A stretch of DNA of 64,000 bases from a virus (IMGVR_UViG_3300036797_000054:58745-122744), one strand, 5' to 3'. Shown: positions 9,994 to 20,357, counted from the stretch's first letter. Numbers and translations: made by a program. The notes: generated by a model not told the origin, from the sequence alone.

Positions 9994-10197
9994 ATGACCT
10001 CTCAACGTCCAGCGTTCGGCTCGCTCACGGGCTTGCGCGATCAGGGACTGCCGATGAACATGCGCCCGCAAGACGTGCCCAACGCCGACTTTCTCGGCGC
10101 AGGCACACCCGAGGAACAGGCACAGGCCCAGCGCGACGAAGCTGCCGTCGCCGCGCTGCCGCCCACGCGCATGATCATCGAGTCGCACCTGCCCTAA
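9994..10197 (+). CDS. small hypothetical protein, probably leaderless
   Basis: TAGCCT-N7-ATG. Confidence 0.5.
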   Translation: MTSQRPAFGSLTGLRDQGLPMNMRPQDVPNADFLGAGTPEEQAQAQRDEAAVAALPPTRMIIESHLP

Positions 10198-10409
10198 CCG
10201 CGTCCGCTGCTAGCCTGCGGCGCTGCAACCGACTTGGAGGAGGTGATGCGCCACGGCCTGACCCGGATGGCCTGCGCTGAACGAAGTCCCGTAGTGAGTG
10301 CGCCGCCAAAGACGAGCATGCGCGTTTCTGCATACATCGTGCATACATCGCCGCCCGTGCGGTAGCTGCGCAGGTCGGGCTAGACCTGTAAGCGAAATCG
10401 GAGGTCCGC

Positions 10410-10841
10410 ATGCTCCGACGCTCAGTCGTCGTGACGCTCGCGCTCGCGTTCATCGCGATCGGAGCGCCGAACACTGGCTCATCGCCAGCGCTGTCGCTCA
10501 CCGGCGGCACCGCAGCAAACGAAGCACCACTGGCGCATCGTGCGCCGCAGCCGCGCCCCCGACCGTTTCGCATCGGCCGCTTTGAAGCGTGCGTCGCGAA
10601 CCGCGAGCAGGGCGAACCAGGATCGACCGACCTGCGCTACGTGAACTGGCGCGCGCAGGAGGGCGTCTACGGCGGCGGCTACTCGATGGAACCGTCGAAA
10701 TGGCGACACGGCGGTGGCTTGCTCTACGCGCAGCATCCGTGGCTGGCGTCGCCGAGCGATCAAACGCGCGTGTTCCGGCGGCTCGGCGCGCTCGGCGAAT
10801 GGACGCCTGACAACTGGCCGTCGATCACGCCTTGCCGGTGA
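10410..10841 (+). CDS. secreted Rpf-like (lysozyme-fold) transglycosylase
   Basis: Signal peptide; CVANREQG...YGGGYSM..SKW..GGG..YA..P.LASPSDQ...WP..C follows the Rpf domain pattern; GGAGG RBS. Confidence 0.7.
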   Translation: MLRRSVVVTLALAFIAIGAPNTGSSPALSLTGGTAANEAPLAHRAPQPRPRPFRIGRFEACVANREQGEPGSTDLRYVNWRAQEGVYGGGYSMEPSKWRHGGGLLYAQHPWLASPSDQTRVFRRLGALGEWTPDNWPSITPCR

Positions 10842-10909
10842 TCGCAATACCCAACTTACGGAATATGTAAGTTAGATATTTACTCAAATATGAATCATGG
10901 ATAGGTTAT

Positions 10910-10946
10910 GGAAACGGGCGTCTGCATGGCGCTCGTTTCCTGTTTT
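10910..10946 (+). terminator. intrinsic terminator
   Basis: 13-bp stem GGAAACGGGCGTC/GGCGCTCGTTTCC followed by TGTTTT. Confidence 0.6.
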
Positions 10947-11036
10947 AGCCCGTCATCACGGGACAAACGAGCAGCGTTTGGTTTGACACGCGCGATAGGC
11001 TGTGTAGAACAAAAGCAACCTACGCAGGAGGAGAAC

Positions 11037-11216
11037 ATGACCCTCGCCAACGTCAAGGCGGGTGACATCGTGCAAGCCGACGGAAGCTACGCGCTGGTGC
11101 GCGACAAGCGCCGCGGCGAACTGCTGATCAGTTGGCTCAGCCGCTCGGTCAGCATTAACGGCGATCGCTGGATCAAGGCGCGCGAAGTCGAATGCCACTG
11201 GAGTCGGCGTCGATGA
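11037..11216 (+). CDS. small hypothetical protein
   Basis: AGGAGGAG RBS before ATG 11037; promoter-like TTGACA upstream. Confidence 0.6.
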   Translation: MTLANVKAGDIVQADGSYALVRDKRRGELLISWLSRSVSINGDRWIKAREVECHWSRRR

Positions 11217-11725
11217 GGCGCGAGATGATCCAAGTTGTCACGGCCGACGGCAAGGACGAGGCGATCGACATCCTCGCGTGCATTGAGCGCTTCTGCCACC
11301 TGCCTGCGCTCGTCGCGATTGCGAACAGACCCGTGCGCGTCGGGCCGGTCGCGGTCTACCGGCGATCCAAACAGCCAGCGGGCTATGCCCGTGGGCGCGC
11401 GTGGTATCGCACGCGCCGCCTGATGCTGAGCTATGGCATCCCCGTCGAGCAGGAGTGCGCGGAAGAGCTCGCGCTGCACGAGGTCACGCACCTGGCTGTC
11501 AACCCGACCGGCAGGCCGCCGTATCGCCACCACGATGCAGCGTTCCGTGTCGCGCTGCTGCACGCCGCGTGGGAAGTGTGGCCCGCGACTCGCCGCGTCC
11601 GCAACCAGGGCCGCGTCTATGCAATGGACGCTCGCATTTGGGAGGCCGCCGTGACCGAACAACAGGGTCGTGGGCTACCATCGGGTGGCAACCGATCGGG
11701 AGGTGCACTACATGGCGGCTGCTGA
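11213..11725 (+). CDS. SprT-like zinc metalloprotease
   Basis: ALHEVTHL...HHDAAFR (HEXXH plus distal His). Confidence 0.65.
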   Translation: MRREMIQVVTADGKDEAIDILACIERFCHLPALVAIANRPVRVGPVAVYRRSKQPAGYARGRAWYRTRRLMLSYGIPVEQECAEELALHEVTHLAVNPTGRPPYRHHDAAFRVALLHAAWEVWPATRRVRNQGRVYAMDARIWEAAVTEQQGRGLPSGGNRSGGALHGGC

Positions 11726-12014
11726 TATAGCCGAGGCGCTGCGCGCGGCGCGCAAGCGTGATCTGAACCGTTTCCTGGAGAGCGACCCGCGCGTGCGCGA
11801 GTGGCTGGGCTCGGGCGTGCTGCTCAGCACGAAGGAAGCGGCCGACCTGCTGGAGGTCGAGCGTGCGCGCGTCTGGCGGTGGACCCAGGCCGGGCGCATC
11901 ACGGCCGTCGCGCACACGGCAGCATCGCCGCTCTACCTGCGGTGCGATGTGGAGCGCTTGAAGCGCGAGAACGACGACCGCGCTGCGCGCAAAGCGGCTG
12001 CCCAGGCGGCATGA
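11712..12014 (+). CDS. HTH DNA-binding protein (excisionase/HTH_17-like)
   Basis: LLSTKEAADLLEVERARVWRWTQAGRI...Y.R.DVE. Confidence 0.75.
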   Translation: MAAADIAEALRAARKRDLNRFLESDPRVREWLGSGVLLSTKEAADLLEVERARVWRWTQAGRITAVAHTAASPLYLRCDVERLKRENDDRAARKAAAQAA

Positions 12015-12448
12015 TCTCGAACGTCGAGTGGACGTATGAGCCGACGACGCAGCGGTGGGGCGCGTGCGTCGTCGGTCCTCCCGACCGTCACTTGACGATC
12101 GCGTGGGATGGGGGCGACCACGCGCTCTACCTCAGCGTGCGCGTCGAGGCGACGGCCAACGTCGAGGGCAGCAGCGAAAGCGTCTACAGCGCGCCGCTTT
12201 CGCTGCTGGCGGCGACGCTGCTGCTGCCGCGCGAGGAGCACGGCCAACTGCTGGAGATCGTGTCTGCGGCGTTGGTGGAGCTGCGCGACATGGGCATCGT
12301 GGCGAACGTGCAGCAGGTGCTCGCCAACTCGATCGAGCCGTGGCCGAAGCCCGCGGTCGCGGGCCAGAGGATGCAGGCTGCGGCCGAGACGATGCCGCAC
12401 GTCGAACGACTGGCGCTCGACGTAGCGGCTGCGGGAGCGTGGGGGTGA
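12011..12448 (+). CDS. hypothetical protein
   Basis: ATGA-coupled ORF. Confidence 0.55.
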   Translation: MISNVEWTYEPTTQRWGACVVGPPDRHLTIAWDGGDHALYLSVRVEATANVEGSSESVYSAPLSLLAATLLLPREEHGQLLEIVSAALVELRDMGIVANVQQVLANSIEPWPKPAVAGQRMQAAAETMPHVERLALDVAAAGAWG

Positions 12449-12727
12449 TGGAGTGTCATTAGAGTGTCGCTACGTCGCCGCCGAGACAGTCCGTGCAGCC
12501 GAGCCGCAGACGCCGTTGGAGAAGCTGCGCGTGTGGTGTGAGGAGAACATCGCTATGACTCCGTGGAACGAGCACACGGTCGAGCTGCTGCTAGCTAGCG
12601 TACGTGGAGAGGGGCGACGGCTCGGGGTCATGTGCTCGCCTGCAATGGAGCGCATAGACGGCCAGCACATACTCGTGCTCAACCCCTGGCCGGATCAGCC
12701 GCTGGTGTTCGACGGCGAGGGTGCCTG

Positions 12728-13384
12728 ATGTATGGCGACGCCGCTTATCGCTTGCATCACACCGTTGATCCAAAGACGCGCTATCCGTTTGTGTGGCCTG
12801 CGGTCAAGGACGAAGTGCGCGCGTTTGCGAAGCATCGCTGTATCCGCTGTGGCCATCCATACCGCGTAGGCCAGGAGACGTTTTGGTCCGAGCCCGCGCC
12901 CAAGGACACCGTGCAGGAGACGGCGGCGCTTTCGCTGTTCGATGCGGAGCCCACGGACGAGCCGCGCGTCAAGCGCGAACGTCCCGTGCACTGGTCGCCT
13001 TGCGACGAGCACTGCACGCATAGCGGCCTAATTCGCGTGCGGGAAATCGGCGGGGAGTGGCAGGTCTACGACGGCGACGCCGGGCCGCTGACGGTGCTCA
13101 ACAGCGTGGAGAAGCAGGCCGCGTGGCGCATCCTCACCGTCCACCATGCCAACGGGCGCAAGGCGGACCTGCGCTGGTTCAACCTGCTGGCGCTGTGCCA
13201 GCGCTGCCATCTGAGCGTGCAGAGCCGCGTGCAGATGGAGCGCATCTACCCGTTCGAGCACACCGACTGGTTCAAGCCGTACGTGGCCGCGTTCTACGCG
13301 CTGAAGTACCTGAACCAGGAACTGGGCCGTCCCGAGGCGGAAGCGCGTCAAGACGAGCTGCTGGCGCTAGAGCGCCACGCATAG
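12728..13384 (+). CDS. HNH-domain protein
   Basis: CIRCGH...LTVHHANG.K.D....NLLALCQRCHL. Confidence 0.75.
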   Translation: MYGDAAYRLHHTVDPKTRYPFVWPAVKDEVRAFAKHRCIRCGHPYRVGQETFWSEPAPKDTVQETAALSLFDAEPTDEPRVKRERPVHWSPCDEHCTHSGLIRVREIGGEWQVYDGDAGPLTVLNSVEKQAAWRILTVHHANGRKADLRWFNLLALCQRCHLSVQSRVQMERIYPFEHTDWFKPYVAAFYALKYLNQELGRPEAEARQDELLALERHA

Positions 13385-13388
13385 GTTG

Positions 13389-13417
13389 TTGCCGCGGCGC
13401 GCTGCTGCTGCTATTGT
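13389..13417 (+). promoter_or_regulatory. sigma70-type promoter
   Basis: TTGCCG-N17-TATTGT with extended -10 TG. Confidence 0.6.
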
Positions 13418-13422
13418 TCACC

Positions 13423-13542
13423 GTCCTACCAAGGTAGGGCACACGGTGGCCGAAACGCCGCCGTAACCGGGACCGCAAGGTCTCCGTGCCTCCAACAGTA
13501 GGTTGCCGGAGGCGCGGACCCTAGTGGTCCGCGTTTCTGTTT
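13423..13542 (+). ncRNA. structured small RNA or attenuator ending in an intrinsic terminator
   Basis: Successive hairpins (CAAG, CGAAAC and GCAA loops), then CGCGGACC-CTAGT-GGTCCGCG-TTTCTGTTT. Confidence 0.55.
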
Positions 13543-13593
13543 GTGGAGCGACTACCATCCGCTGTCACAAGGCAATCGACTGGAGGTGCGGAG

Positions 13594-13908
13594 ATGGCAA
13601 AGAGTGGCGACGGCGCGGCGAGCAGCGAGCTGCGCGAGGCGACGACCTACATCGTCTACGAGGTTGTGGAGCCGGGAGACGGCGACCTGATCGGCGAGAC
13701 GCTGGTGCGGCGCGGCGCGATCCAGGCATCGAGCTCGTCGCAGGCCGAACGCAGCTACCGCGAGAAACTGAAAAAGGAGATCGAGGAGCAGTCGAGCGCG
13801 GTCGAGCATGAGAAGGTCGAGTTCCGCTGCATCCCGATCCGCTCGGTCGATCCGGTCTACGTCGCGCAGTTCGCTCAGGAAACGCGCGTCACATCCAGTA
13901 CGCGATGA
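13594..13908 (+). CDS. hypothetical protein
   Basis: Start-associated motif and GGAGG before ATG 13594. Confidence 0.65.
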   Translation: MAKSGDGAASSELREATTYIVYEVVEPGDGDLIGETLVRRGAIQASSSSQAERSYREKLKKEIEEQSSAVEHEKVEFRCIPIRSVDPVYVAQFAQETRVTSSTR

Positions 13909-14370
13909 GCCAGCTTGCGCTCGACATGCCGCCGAGCTGCAAGTTCGAGGGCTGCGAGCGGCCCGTGGTCGGATCGTCCACCACGGGCACCGGCCACGTC
14001 TGCCGCGGTCACAACGAGCAGGAGTGGGCGCACGCGCTACGGCGCTACGACCCACGCACGAGCGCAGCGCTCGCTGCTGATGCTCATCGGTCGCTTCGGG
14101 CATGAGCGATCGCCACCAGCAGCTCAGCGCCGACCTCGGGCATTTCCGCGGGCCAGAGGGCGAGCCGATGGTCTACGCCGCCCAGGTGCACCGGCGTTCG
14201 CTCTCGGACTTGTACTACCTCGCTCGCGTCCGACTCGTGGGGCAACCGCAGGCCGGGCTTGAAACGTGCGAGCTCTACGGGCACGAACCGGCAGGGCTTC
14301 GCTGCCAGCGCTGCGGCCAACCTGTTCGCTGAGAACATGAGGACAGAGCGCCGGATTTAGCCTTCGGGGT

Positions 14371-16788
14371 GTGACTGCACGCCCTACGACGATCGCCGTT
14401 GAGGACTTGCAGGATGTGCGGGGACCGTTCGCCGACCGCGATGCGCTGGTCTATGACGAGACGAGCGGCACGTTCATCGGCGCGCGGGGTGGCACCGGTG
14501 ACGGTGAAGCTGGCGCGACCGGCGCGACTGGACCACCGGGCGCGACGGGACCTGCTGGCAGCGGCAGTGCTGGAGCGACTGGAGCGACGGGACCTGCGGG
14601 CAGCAACGGCGCGACCGGGGCGAGCGGCGTCGGCACGGCGGGCGCGACGGGAGCTACGGGGCCGCCAGGCGCGGGCTCGGCGGGGGCCACCGGCGCGACC
14701 GGCCCAGCGGGCGGCGCGGGGGCCACCGGCGCAACTGGCACCGCGGGCGGCGCGGGCGCGACGGGCGCAGGATCTCAGGGGGCGACCGGCGCGACCGGCG
14801 CAGCAGGCACCGTCGGCGCGACCGGCGCGAAAGGGACGACCGGGACCGGAGAAGCAGGCGCGACCGGGGCCACGGGGCCGAGCGCTGCGGGTGCCACTGG
14901 CGCGACTGGACCGGCAGGCGGCGGCGGGGCGACCGGGGCGACCGGCCCCGGGGGTAGCCAGGGCGCGACTGGCCCGGCCGGGAGCGGAGGAGCTGCGGGC
15001 GCGACTGGTCCTACCGGCCCGGCTGGCACACCGGGGGCGACTGGAGCTGGAGCAACCGGGGCGACCGGAGTCGGCGCGGCGGGTGCCACGGGCGCGACCG
15101 GCCCGGCTGGAATTGGCACGGCGGGCGCAACTGGCGCAACTGGCGCAGTGGGCGCTACTGGATCGGCGCAGCCCATGCAGTACGTCGTCACGCGACCCGA
15201 GGAATTCGGCGCGCTGCGCGATGGCGTCGCCGACGACACTGCGGCGATCCGCGCTGCCGTCAATGAAGCTGTCGCCCGTGGCATCGCCGATGGCAGCAAC
15301 TACGCCGAGGTGTGGTTCACGACGGGGACCTATCTGCTCGCGGCCGCGCCGGTGGCAGGCGGCGCAACCAAAGGCAACGCACAGGTCCCGCTTCCCGTCC
15401 TGGCCGAGGCAGGTCCGGGGTTCACGTTGGTGCTCAAGGGCGTCACGGATGCCTCGCCGATCAGCTACTACCTAGCCTCGAACGTCCATCACCGAGGCGT
15501 CCGGCTCAAGACGACGCACGTCGGCGAATTCGGCGAATTCGGTGCGCCGAGCGTAATCGGCGGCCCTACGCCTCAAGGGCTGCCCGGCGGCGCGTACTCG
15601 GACATGCTGGTGGTGGTGGACGGGATCATGGTCGAGGCACCGAAAAACCCGTCGATCATCGGCTTTGACTTTCGCAAGATCGCCGAAGTCAATGTCAAGA
15701 ACGGCGCGGCGCTGGTCGCGGCCACGCCGGAAGAACTGTCGCTATCGCGCCCCTCTAATGAACTTGGGATTGGGCTGTATATGCCGTTGGCGAACAACGG
15801 CAACAACGCCAAGATCGGGAGCTGGACCTGCGAAGGCTTCTACTACGGCCTAGCGATATCCGATCACGTTGTCGCTCAGCGCATCCTCACCGTGTGGACG
15901 AGGTACGGGATGTTCGTCGCCGAACCGGGATTGCATTCGCAGGGCGCGGTAATCCAGTACCTCTCGATCGTCGCCAGCGAACACGGAATTCAGGTGCAGG
16001 CGGCCGAAGGCACGACGTTCCCGCTGGTCATCGACCTGTTTCAGGCCGAAGAAATCGAAACGCACGACATCATTGACACGCAGAACACGTTGGTCGGGCC
16101 GATCGGGTTCAATGAAGGCGAGTTCGGTCATGCGCCCAACCTGCAAGGCGCAGCGCGTGCGCACGTCATCGACCTGAACGCGCCATGGAGCTCGGGCGCG
16201 ACTGGCGCGACGGGGCCAGCCGGTGCGACGGGGGCTGCTGGCGGTGCTGGCGCTACCGGCGCGACGGGACCGGCCGGGACGGGTGGCGCGCAAGGCGCGA
16301 CAGGGCCAGCGGGCGCGAGCGGAGCGACCGGCCCCGCGGGTGGCGCGGGCGCGACCGGAGCTGGCGGCGCTGTCGGGGCGACCGGGGCGACAGGACCGGC
16401 CGGTGAAGCTGGCGCGACCGGAGCGACCGGCGCGGCTGGGGCGACCGGCCCCAAAGGCCCCACCTCGGATCTCCACGCCTGGGCGATGACGTTCGCCGTA
16501 GGTGAACTGCCGGGCATCGAAATCGAGCTACAGGAAGGTGAATCGCTGTCGCTCGTGGCCGTCCGTGTGCGCGGGCTTGAAGGCGAAGGCGAATACGAAG
16601 TCAAGCGCAACGGCACCGCCGTCACATCGCTGAACGCGCTGAAAATGAAAGCGGGCGAAGCCAAACGCACCGAAGCCAACGGGGGCACGCCGGTGACGCT
16701 GGCGTCGGGCGACTACTTCACGCTGAACGTCAAGTCGGTCAGCGGCACCACCAAGGGCATGATCACTCTCGTGGGGAGGCGCACATGA
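14371..16788 (+). CDS. collagen-like protein with central pectate-lyase-like beta-helix (fibre/adhesin candidate)
   Basis: Two Gly-X-Y (GAT-GAT-GPA) tracts flanking [21 protein letters not shown]...F..GTYL. Confidence 0.75.
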   Translation: MTARPTTIAVEDLQDVRGPFADRDALVYDETSGTFIGARGGTGDGEAGATGATGPPGATGPAGSGSAGATGATGPAGSNGATGASGVGTAGATGATGPPGAGSAGATGATGPAGGAGATGATGTAGGAGATGAGSQGATGATGAAGTVGATGAKGTTGTGEAGATGATGPSAAGATGATGPAGGGGATGATGPGGSQGATGPAGSGGAAGATGPTGPAGTPGATGAGATGATGVGAAGATGATGPAGIGTAGATGATGAVGATGSAQPMQYVVTRPEEFGALRDGVADDTAAIRAAVNEAVARGIADGSNYAEVWFTTGTYLLAAAPVAGGATKGNAQVPLPVLAEAGPGFTLVLKGVTDASPISYYLASNVHHRGVRLKTTHVGEFGEFGAPSVIGGPTPQGLPGGAYSDMLVVVDGIMVEAPKNPSIIGFDFRKIAEVNVKNGAALVAATPEELSLSRPSNELGIGLYMPLANNGNNAKIGSWTCEGFYYGLAISDHVVAQRILTVWTRYGMFVAEPGLHSQGAVIQYLSIVASEHGIQVQAAEGTTFPLVIDLFQAEEIETHDIIDTQNTLVGPIGFNEGEFGHAPNLQGAARAHVIDLNAPWSSGATGATGPAGATGAAGGAGATGATGPAGTGGAQGATGPAGASGATGPAGGAGATGAGGAVGATGATGPAGEAGATGATGAAGATGPKGPTSDLHAWAMTFAVGELPGIEIELQEGESLSLVAVRVRGLEGEGEYEVKRNGTAVTSLNALKMKAGEAKRTEANGGTPVTLASGDYFTLNVKSVSGTTKGMITLVGRRT

Positions 16789-17471
16789 TCGCGATCGCCG
16801 GACGCACCACGGCGCTGCTCGTTGACTTCGGCGCGCGCAAGCACGGGCTCGCGACTGTGGGCTACGCGCTGCTCAATCCCGACGGCACCGTGCACACCGC
16901 GCGCACGACGAGCGGCATCGTCAACATCGCGGGCGGCCTCTACATGGCGCACGTCACGCTGCCCGCGAAATGGTCGGGCGCGATCTCGTGGGACACCGGC
17001 GAGGCTGAACCGGTCTACGCCGCCGAGGACATCGATGCAGCCAACCTCGAATACCTCGACGCGGCGGTGAGCTCGCGTGCGACCGTCGTCAACCTGGCGA
17101 ACACGACGCTTCAGGTCGTCGGGCCGGTCAGCACCACCGGCGATATCACCATCCTTGCGGGCGACGACTACCTCGCTGCCGACTCGCGCGCGCTCGTGTT
17201 CACTGATCCGACCGGCACGCGCTGGCCCTCGCTGGCGGCAGCGACAATCGAGCTGATCGCGTTCGATGAATCCCACGGGGAAAAGTTCACGACCGCGGGC
17301 GTGGAAATCTCGGCCACGTCACCCGCGCGCTCGGTGAGCGTGGACATCGAGGGCGATGACACCGCCAACGTACCGGGCGACTGGCGCTACCGGCTCGTGG
17401 CGCATCTTGTGTCCGGCTCGACGGTCACGCTTTCCAACGGCGTGTTCAACATCGAGTCTCCCTTCGCATGA
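16785..17471 (+). CDS. hypothetical beta-rich protein, possibly virion-associated
   Basis: Coupled to the collagen-like gene; Thr/Gly/Val-rich. Confidence 0.55.
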   Translation: MIAIAGRTTALLVDFGARKHGLATVGYALLNPDGTVHTARTTSGIVNIAGGLYMAHVTLPAKWSGAISWDTGEAEPVYAAEDIDAANLEYLDAAVSSRATVVNLANTTLQVVGPVSTTGDITILAGDDYLAADSRALVFTDPTGTRWPSLAAATIELIAFDESHGEKFTTAGVEISATSPARSVSVDIEGDDTANVPGDWRYRLVAHLVSGSTVTLSNGVFNIESPFA

Positions 17472-17605
17472 TCCGCACGCTGTTCGAGTGGTGGCACTGG
17501 CAGTCGGCCGCGCCCGACGCCGGGCGAACTGCTGCGCTGCTCGGCTGCTAGACAGAGCAACCAAACGCTGCTAGACTGCCCGGCGCAACCGACCGGAGGC
17601 ATCAG

Positions 17606-17956
17606 TTGGCGGGACTGGCAGTAGCAGAGCGGCCTATGCAATGGGAGCTGGACCTGGCCCGTGCGCGCCTACAGCGCGAGCGGCCTCACGTCCTGTACGC
17701 CCGCACGCAGGCCCGGCTCGACAAGATGCAGGCCGAGGCCGAGAGAGTGGGCGAGCTCGATGTGCTCGTGCTGCTGCCCAGCGGCCGCATAGGGCATCTG
17801 CGCACCCGCGCGGCAGCCCTCTTGCCCGCGCAGTGGCGCAGTAGCCCGCACGACATCGGCTGGCGCACCGGCACGGCCACGCGACATGGCGACTGGGTAC
17901 GGTTCACTACGCCTGATGACTGGACGGTCACAGGGCTGATCGTGGATCGTGCGTGA
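17606..17956 (+). CDS. hypothetical protein
   Basis: Downstream of TAGACA-N17-TAGACT promoter and leader motif. Confidence 0.55.
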   Translation: MAGLAVAERPMQWELDLARARLQRERPHVLYARTQARLDKMQAEAERVGELDVLVLLPSGRIGHLRTRAAALLPAQWRSSPHDIGWRTGTATRHGDWVRFTTPDDWTVTGLIVDRA

Positions 17957-17977
17957 CGATCAAACTGGAGGTGCGAA

Positions 17978-18419
17978 ATGGCTGAGACGGAGAGCGCAAC
18001 AAAGATCGTGGGGGGGGGGCGTCCTCTCATGGCCTCGACACGAGCGCGTGTCCGATCGCTACGGCACGGTCATCCTCCTCAGCGTGCCGGGTCCCGCGAG
18101 CACCGGGATGGCGCTCGCGACGGGACTTGACGGCCAGTATGGACGGCTTGTGGCGAGCGTCACCGAGACGCGCCAGTCACAGCACATCGGCGACCTGTTC
18201 AGAGGACTGGCCCCGCCGCGGAGCGACGAGGACCGCGCTGCCATTGGGCAGGAGTACACGCTTGGCGAGGGCACCGTGTTCTACGAGGACGCCGAAGGGT
18301 CGCCTGTCATCGGCTTGCGTCCCGACGAGGACCGTGCCGCCGACTGGCTCGACCCGACCATCCTCTACCTGCTGCACGAACAGTCCGTGGTGCTCACGTT
18401 CGTGCCGAGCGGCGGCTGA
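17978..18419 (+). pseudogene. hypothetical gene frameshifted at a G10 tract (real or sequencing error)
   Basis: RBS-linked ATG 17978 is out of frame with the long ORF; removing one G at 18010-18019 joins them. Confidence 0.55.
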
Positions 18420-18421
18420 CC

Positions 18422-18898
18422 ATGGACGCTGAGCAGCCGGTGAATGCCCGCCAGCGCACCACGCTAGAGTCGCGGTCGTTCGGGACGTGGCTGAAACGCA
18501 GCCGCGAAGCGCGCCGCCTCGGCAGCAAAGAGCTGGCCGAGAAGTGCGGGCTGGCGCGCGGTGTGATCACCGAGCTGGAGCAGGGCACCCTGCGGCCAAA
18601 CCGCGCCATCGACGTGTACGTGCGCGTGGCGAAAGGGCTGGAGCTGGAACTTGGATTCGTGCTCTACAAGGCCGGATTCGACATGGGCGAGTCCGGCCTG
18701 AACATGGAGCGCTTGCAGCGCACCGAGGAGATCATCGAACTCCTGGGCACCAACGAAAGCCGCATCCGCCGTGCGATCGCCGAGGGGATGGAGGGCTTCA
18801 ACATCCAGGGGAACTACCCCCTGGCGGAGCGCCTTGGCGACGCGCTCGGCAAGTTCGATCTCGTGACCGAGCGACTACGCGAAGGGAGACAGACGTGA
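18422..18898 (+). CDS. XRE-family HTH transcriptional regulator
   Basis: FGTWLKRSREARRLGSKELAEKCGLARGVITELEQG. Confidence 0.8.
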   Translation: MDAEQPVNARQRTTLESRSFGTWLKRSREARRLGSKELAEKCGLARGVITELEQGTLRPNRAIDVYVRVAKGLELELGFVLYKAGFDMGESGLNMERLQRTEEIIELLGTNESRIRRAIAEGMEGFNIQGNYPLAERLGDALGKFDLVTERLREGRQT

Positions 18899-19683
18899 CC
18901 GCAACCGCAACAGCCCCTGACGGGGCAAAGCTCGCGATCGACATCGCCGAGTGGCCGTTCCGCTTCGAGGTGATCGACCTGAGGGCGACGTTCATAGACG
19001 CGCGCTACCAGCGCGACCTGAAACCGATCAAATCGGTATTCGACCCACGGCTGGTCGGCTGCCTCACCGTCAACGAACGGCCACGCGCTGGCGTGAATCT
19101 CTCGGTCATCGACGGGCAACGCCGCCGCGACAAGATACTCGCGGTCAAATTTGACTCGCCGGTCCCAGCGTGCGTGTTCGAAGACCTCACGCTGGAGCAA
19201 GAGGCCGAACTGTTCTCGCTGTTCCAGCGCGAACGCAAGAGCATCACGCCGTTCGAGCGCTTCAAGTCAGACCTTGTGGCGAAAGTACCCGTGTCGATGG
19301 CGATCAACAAAATGATCTCGGAGGAGGGCTTCGAGATGGCAGCAAACGACTCCACGATGCGCGAGCTCAAGGCCGTGCGCGGGATCGAGCGCATCTATGC
19401 CGAGGACCCCGAACTGCTGCGCACGGTGCTCCAGCTCGTGCGCATGACGTGGGACGGCGTGCCGTTCGCCAGCCGCGATCAGATGCTGAAAGGCATCGCG
19501 TGGTTCGTCCAGAGCACCGAAGACCTAGACATGGAGCGGTTCGTCAAGCGGCTCAAAGACGTGACCCCGTCGGAGCTCAATCGCCGTGCTGACATGCACC
19601 GCGAGGCCAAAGGGCTGACCGGATCGTCGCCCCGTTTTATGGGCGAAGTGATCCAAGACGCTTACCGCCGGAAAGGCCGATAG
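18895..19683 (+). CDS. ParB/Srx-like domain protein
   Basis: ID.RYQRDL...FDPRLVG.LTVNER...VIDGQRR...E.EA.LF. Confidence 0.7.
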   Translation: MTATATAPDGAKLAIDIAEWPFRFEVIDLRATFIDARYQRDLKPIKSVFDPRLVGCLTVNERPRAGVNLSVIDGQRRRDKILAVKFDSPVPACVFEDLTLEQEAELFSLFQRERKSITPFERFKSDLVAKVPVSMAINKMISEEGFEMAANDSTMRELKAVRGIERIYAEDPELLRTVLQLVRMTWDGVPFASRDQMLKGIAWFVQSTEDLDMERFVKRLKDVTPSELNRRADMHREAKGLTGSSPRFMGEVIQDAYRRKGR

Positions 19684-19685
19684 AC

Positions 19686-20325
19686 ATGTCGGTCGTGAAC
19701 GCTGAGCTCGCGACCATCGTCCAGCGTCGCCGCACGCGCATCGCACGTCTTCAAGAGGAAGTGGACAAGACGGAACAGCGCGTGAGCTACCTCAACGACA
19801 AACTACTGCCTCGGCTCAAGGACGAGCTGGACAAGGCGGTGGGCGAAGAAGAGGCCCGGATCGGCGAGGAGCCTCCCGTAGCGACACCTGACGGCGAGCC
19901 TACACCGGCGGCTCCCGAGGAGTTGCCGATCCCACCGCTGCTCAGCGACGCCACCGTTCGCGATGCTGCGGTGCGCCTGAACGTGTTCACCGAGCCGGAG
20001 CTGGCGGCGGTGCTTCAAGTGCCCATCAAGGATGTCAGGAAGGCGCTACCGGGCCTGATCGAACGGCGCATCGTCCGCGCGACAGGACGCAGGTTCCACG
20101 GCAAGCCGATGTACGAGTACGTGCGTCCGGTCACAGCGGGCAGTGCGTTTGAGCAGCAGCAAGCGCTGACGGCCGAAAACGGAGCCCAAAGTTCGAGGGG
20201 GGGGGGGTTCCAGTGATCCTGTTCCCTTCACCGGCAAGCCAAAGGGCACTAGCAGCAAACCGGGGCGCGACCGCAAACTGGCGCGTGCGGGGCATCGCGT
20301 CATCAAGAAACGCGAAGCGACGTAG
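19686..20325 (+). CDS. hypothetical protein; apparent frameshift at a G11 tract near the C-terminus
   Basis: ORF stops at 20216 just after G11 (20197-20207); an alternative frame continues GSSDPVPFTGKP... to TAG 20325. Confidence 0.5.
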
Positions 20326-20357
20326 GTAGGGTCCGGTGCGCTCGGCAAGATGCAGCG

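Noticed and set aside
10230-10410. c-di-AMP (ydaO) riboswitch before the Rpf-like gene
   Set aside because: The conserved consensus blocks are not recognisable.
10853-10891. dif/Xer site
   Set aside because: Does not fit the 11-6-11 dif consensus.
13438-13510. c-di-GMP-I riboswitch or hammerhead ribozyme
   Set aside because: Only superficial GAAA/GCAA loops; junction consensus and CUGAnGA core are absent.
14510-16460. GGCGCGACC tandem DNA repeats as a non-coding array
   Set aside because: Explained by Gly-Ala-Thr collagen codons with wobble-position variation.
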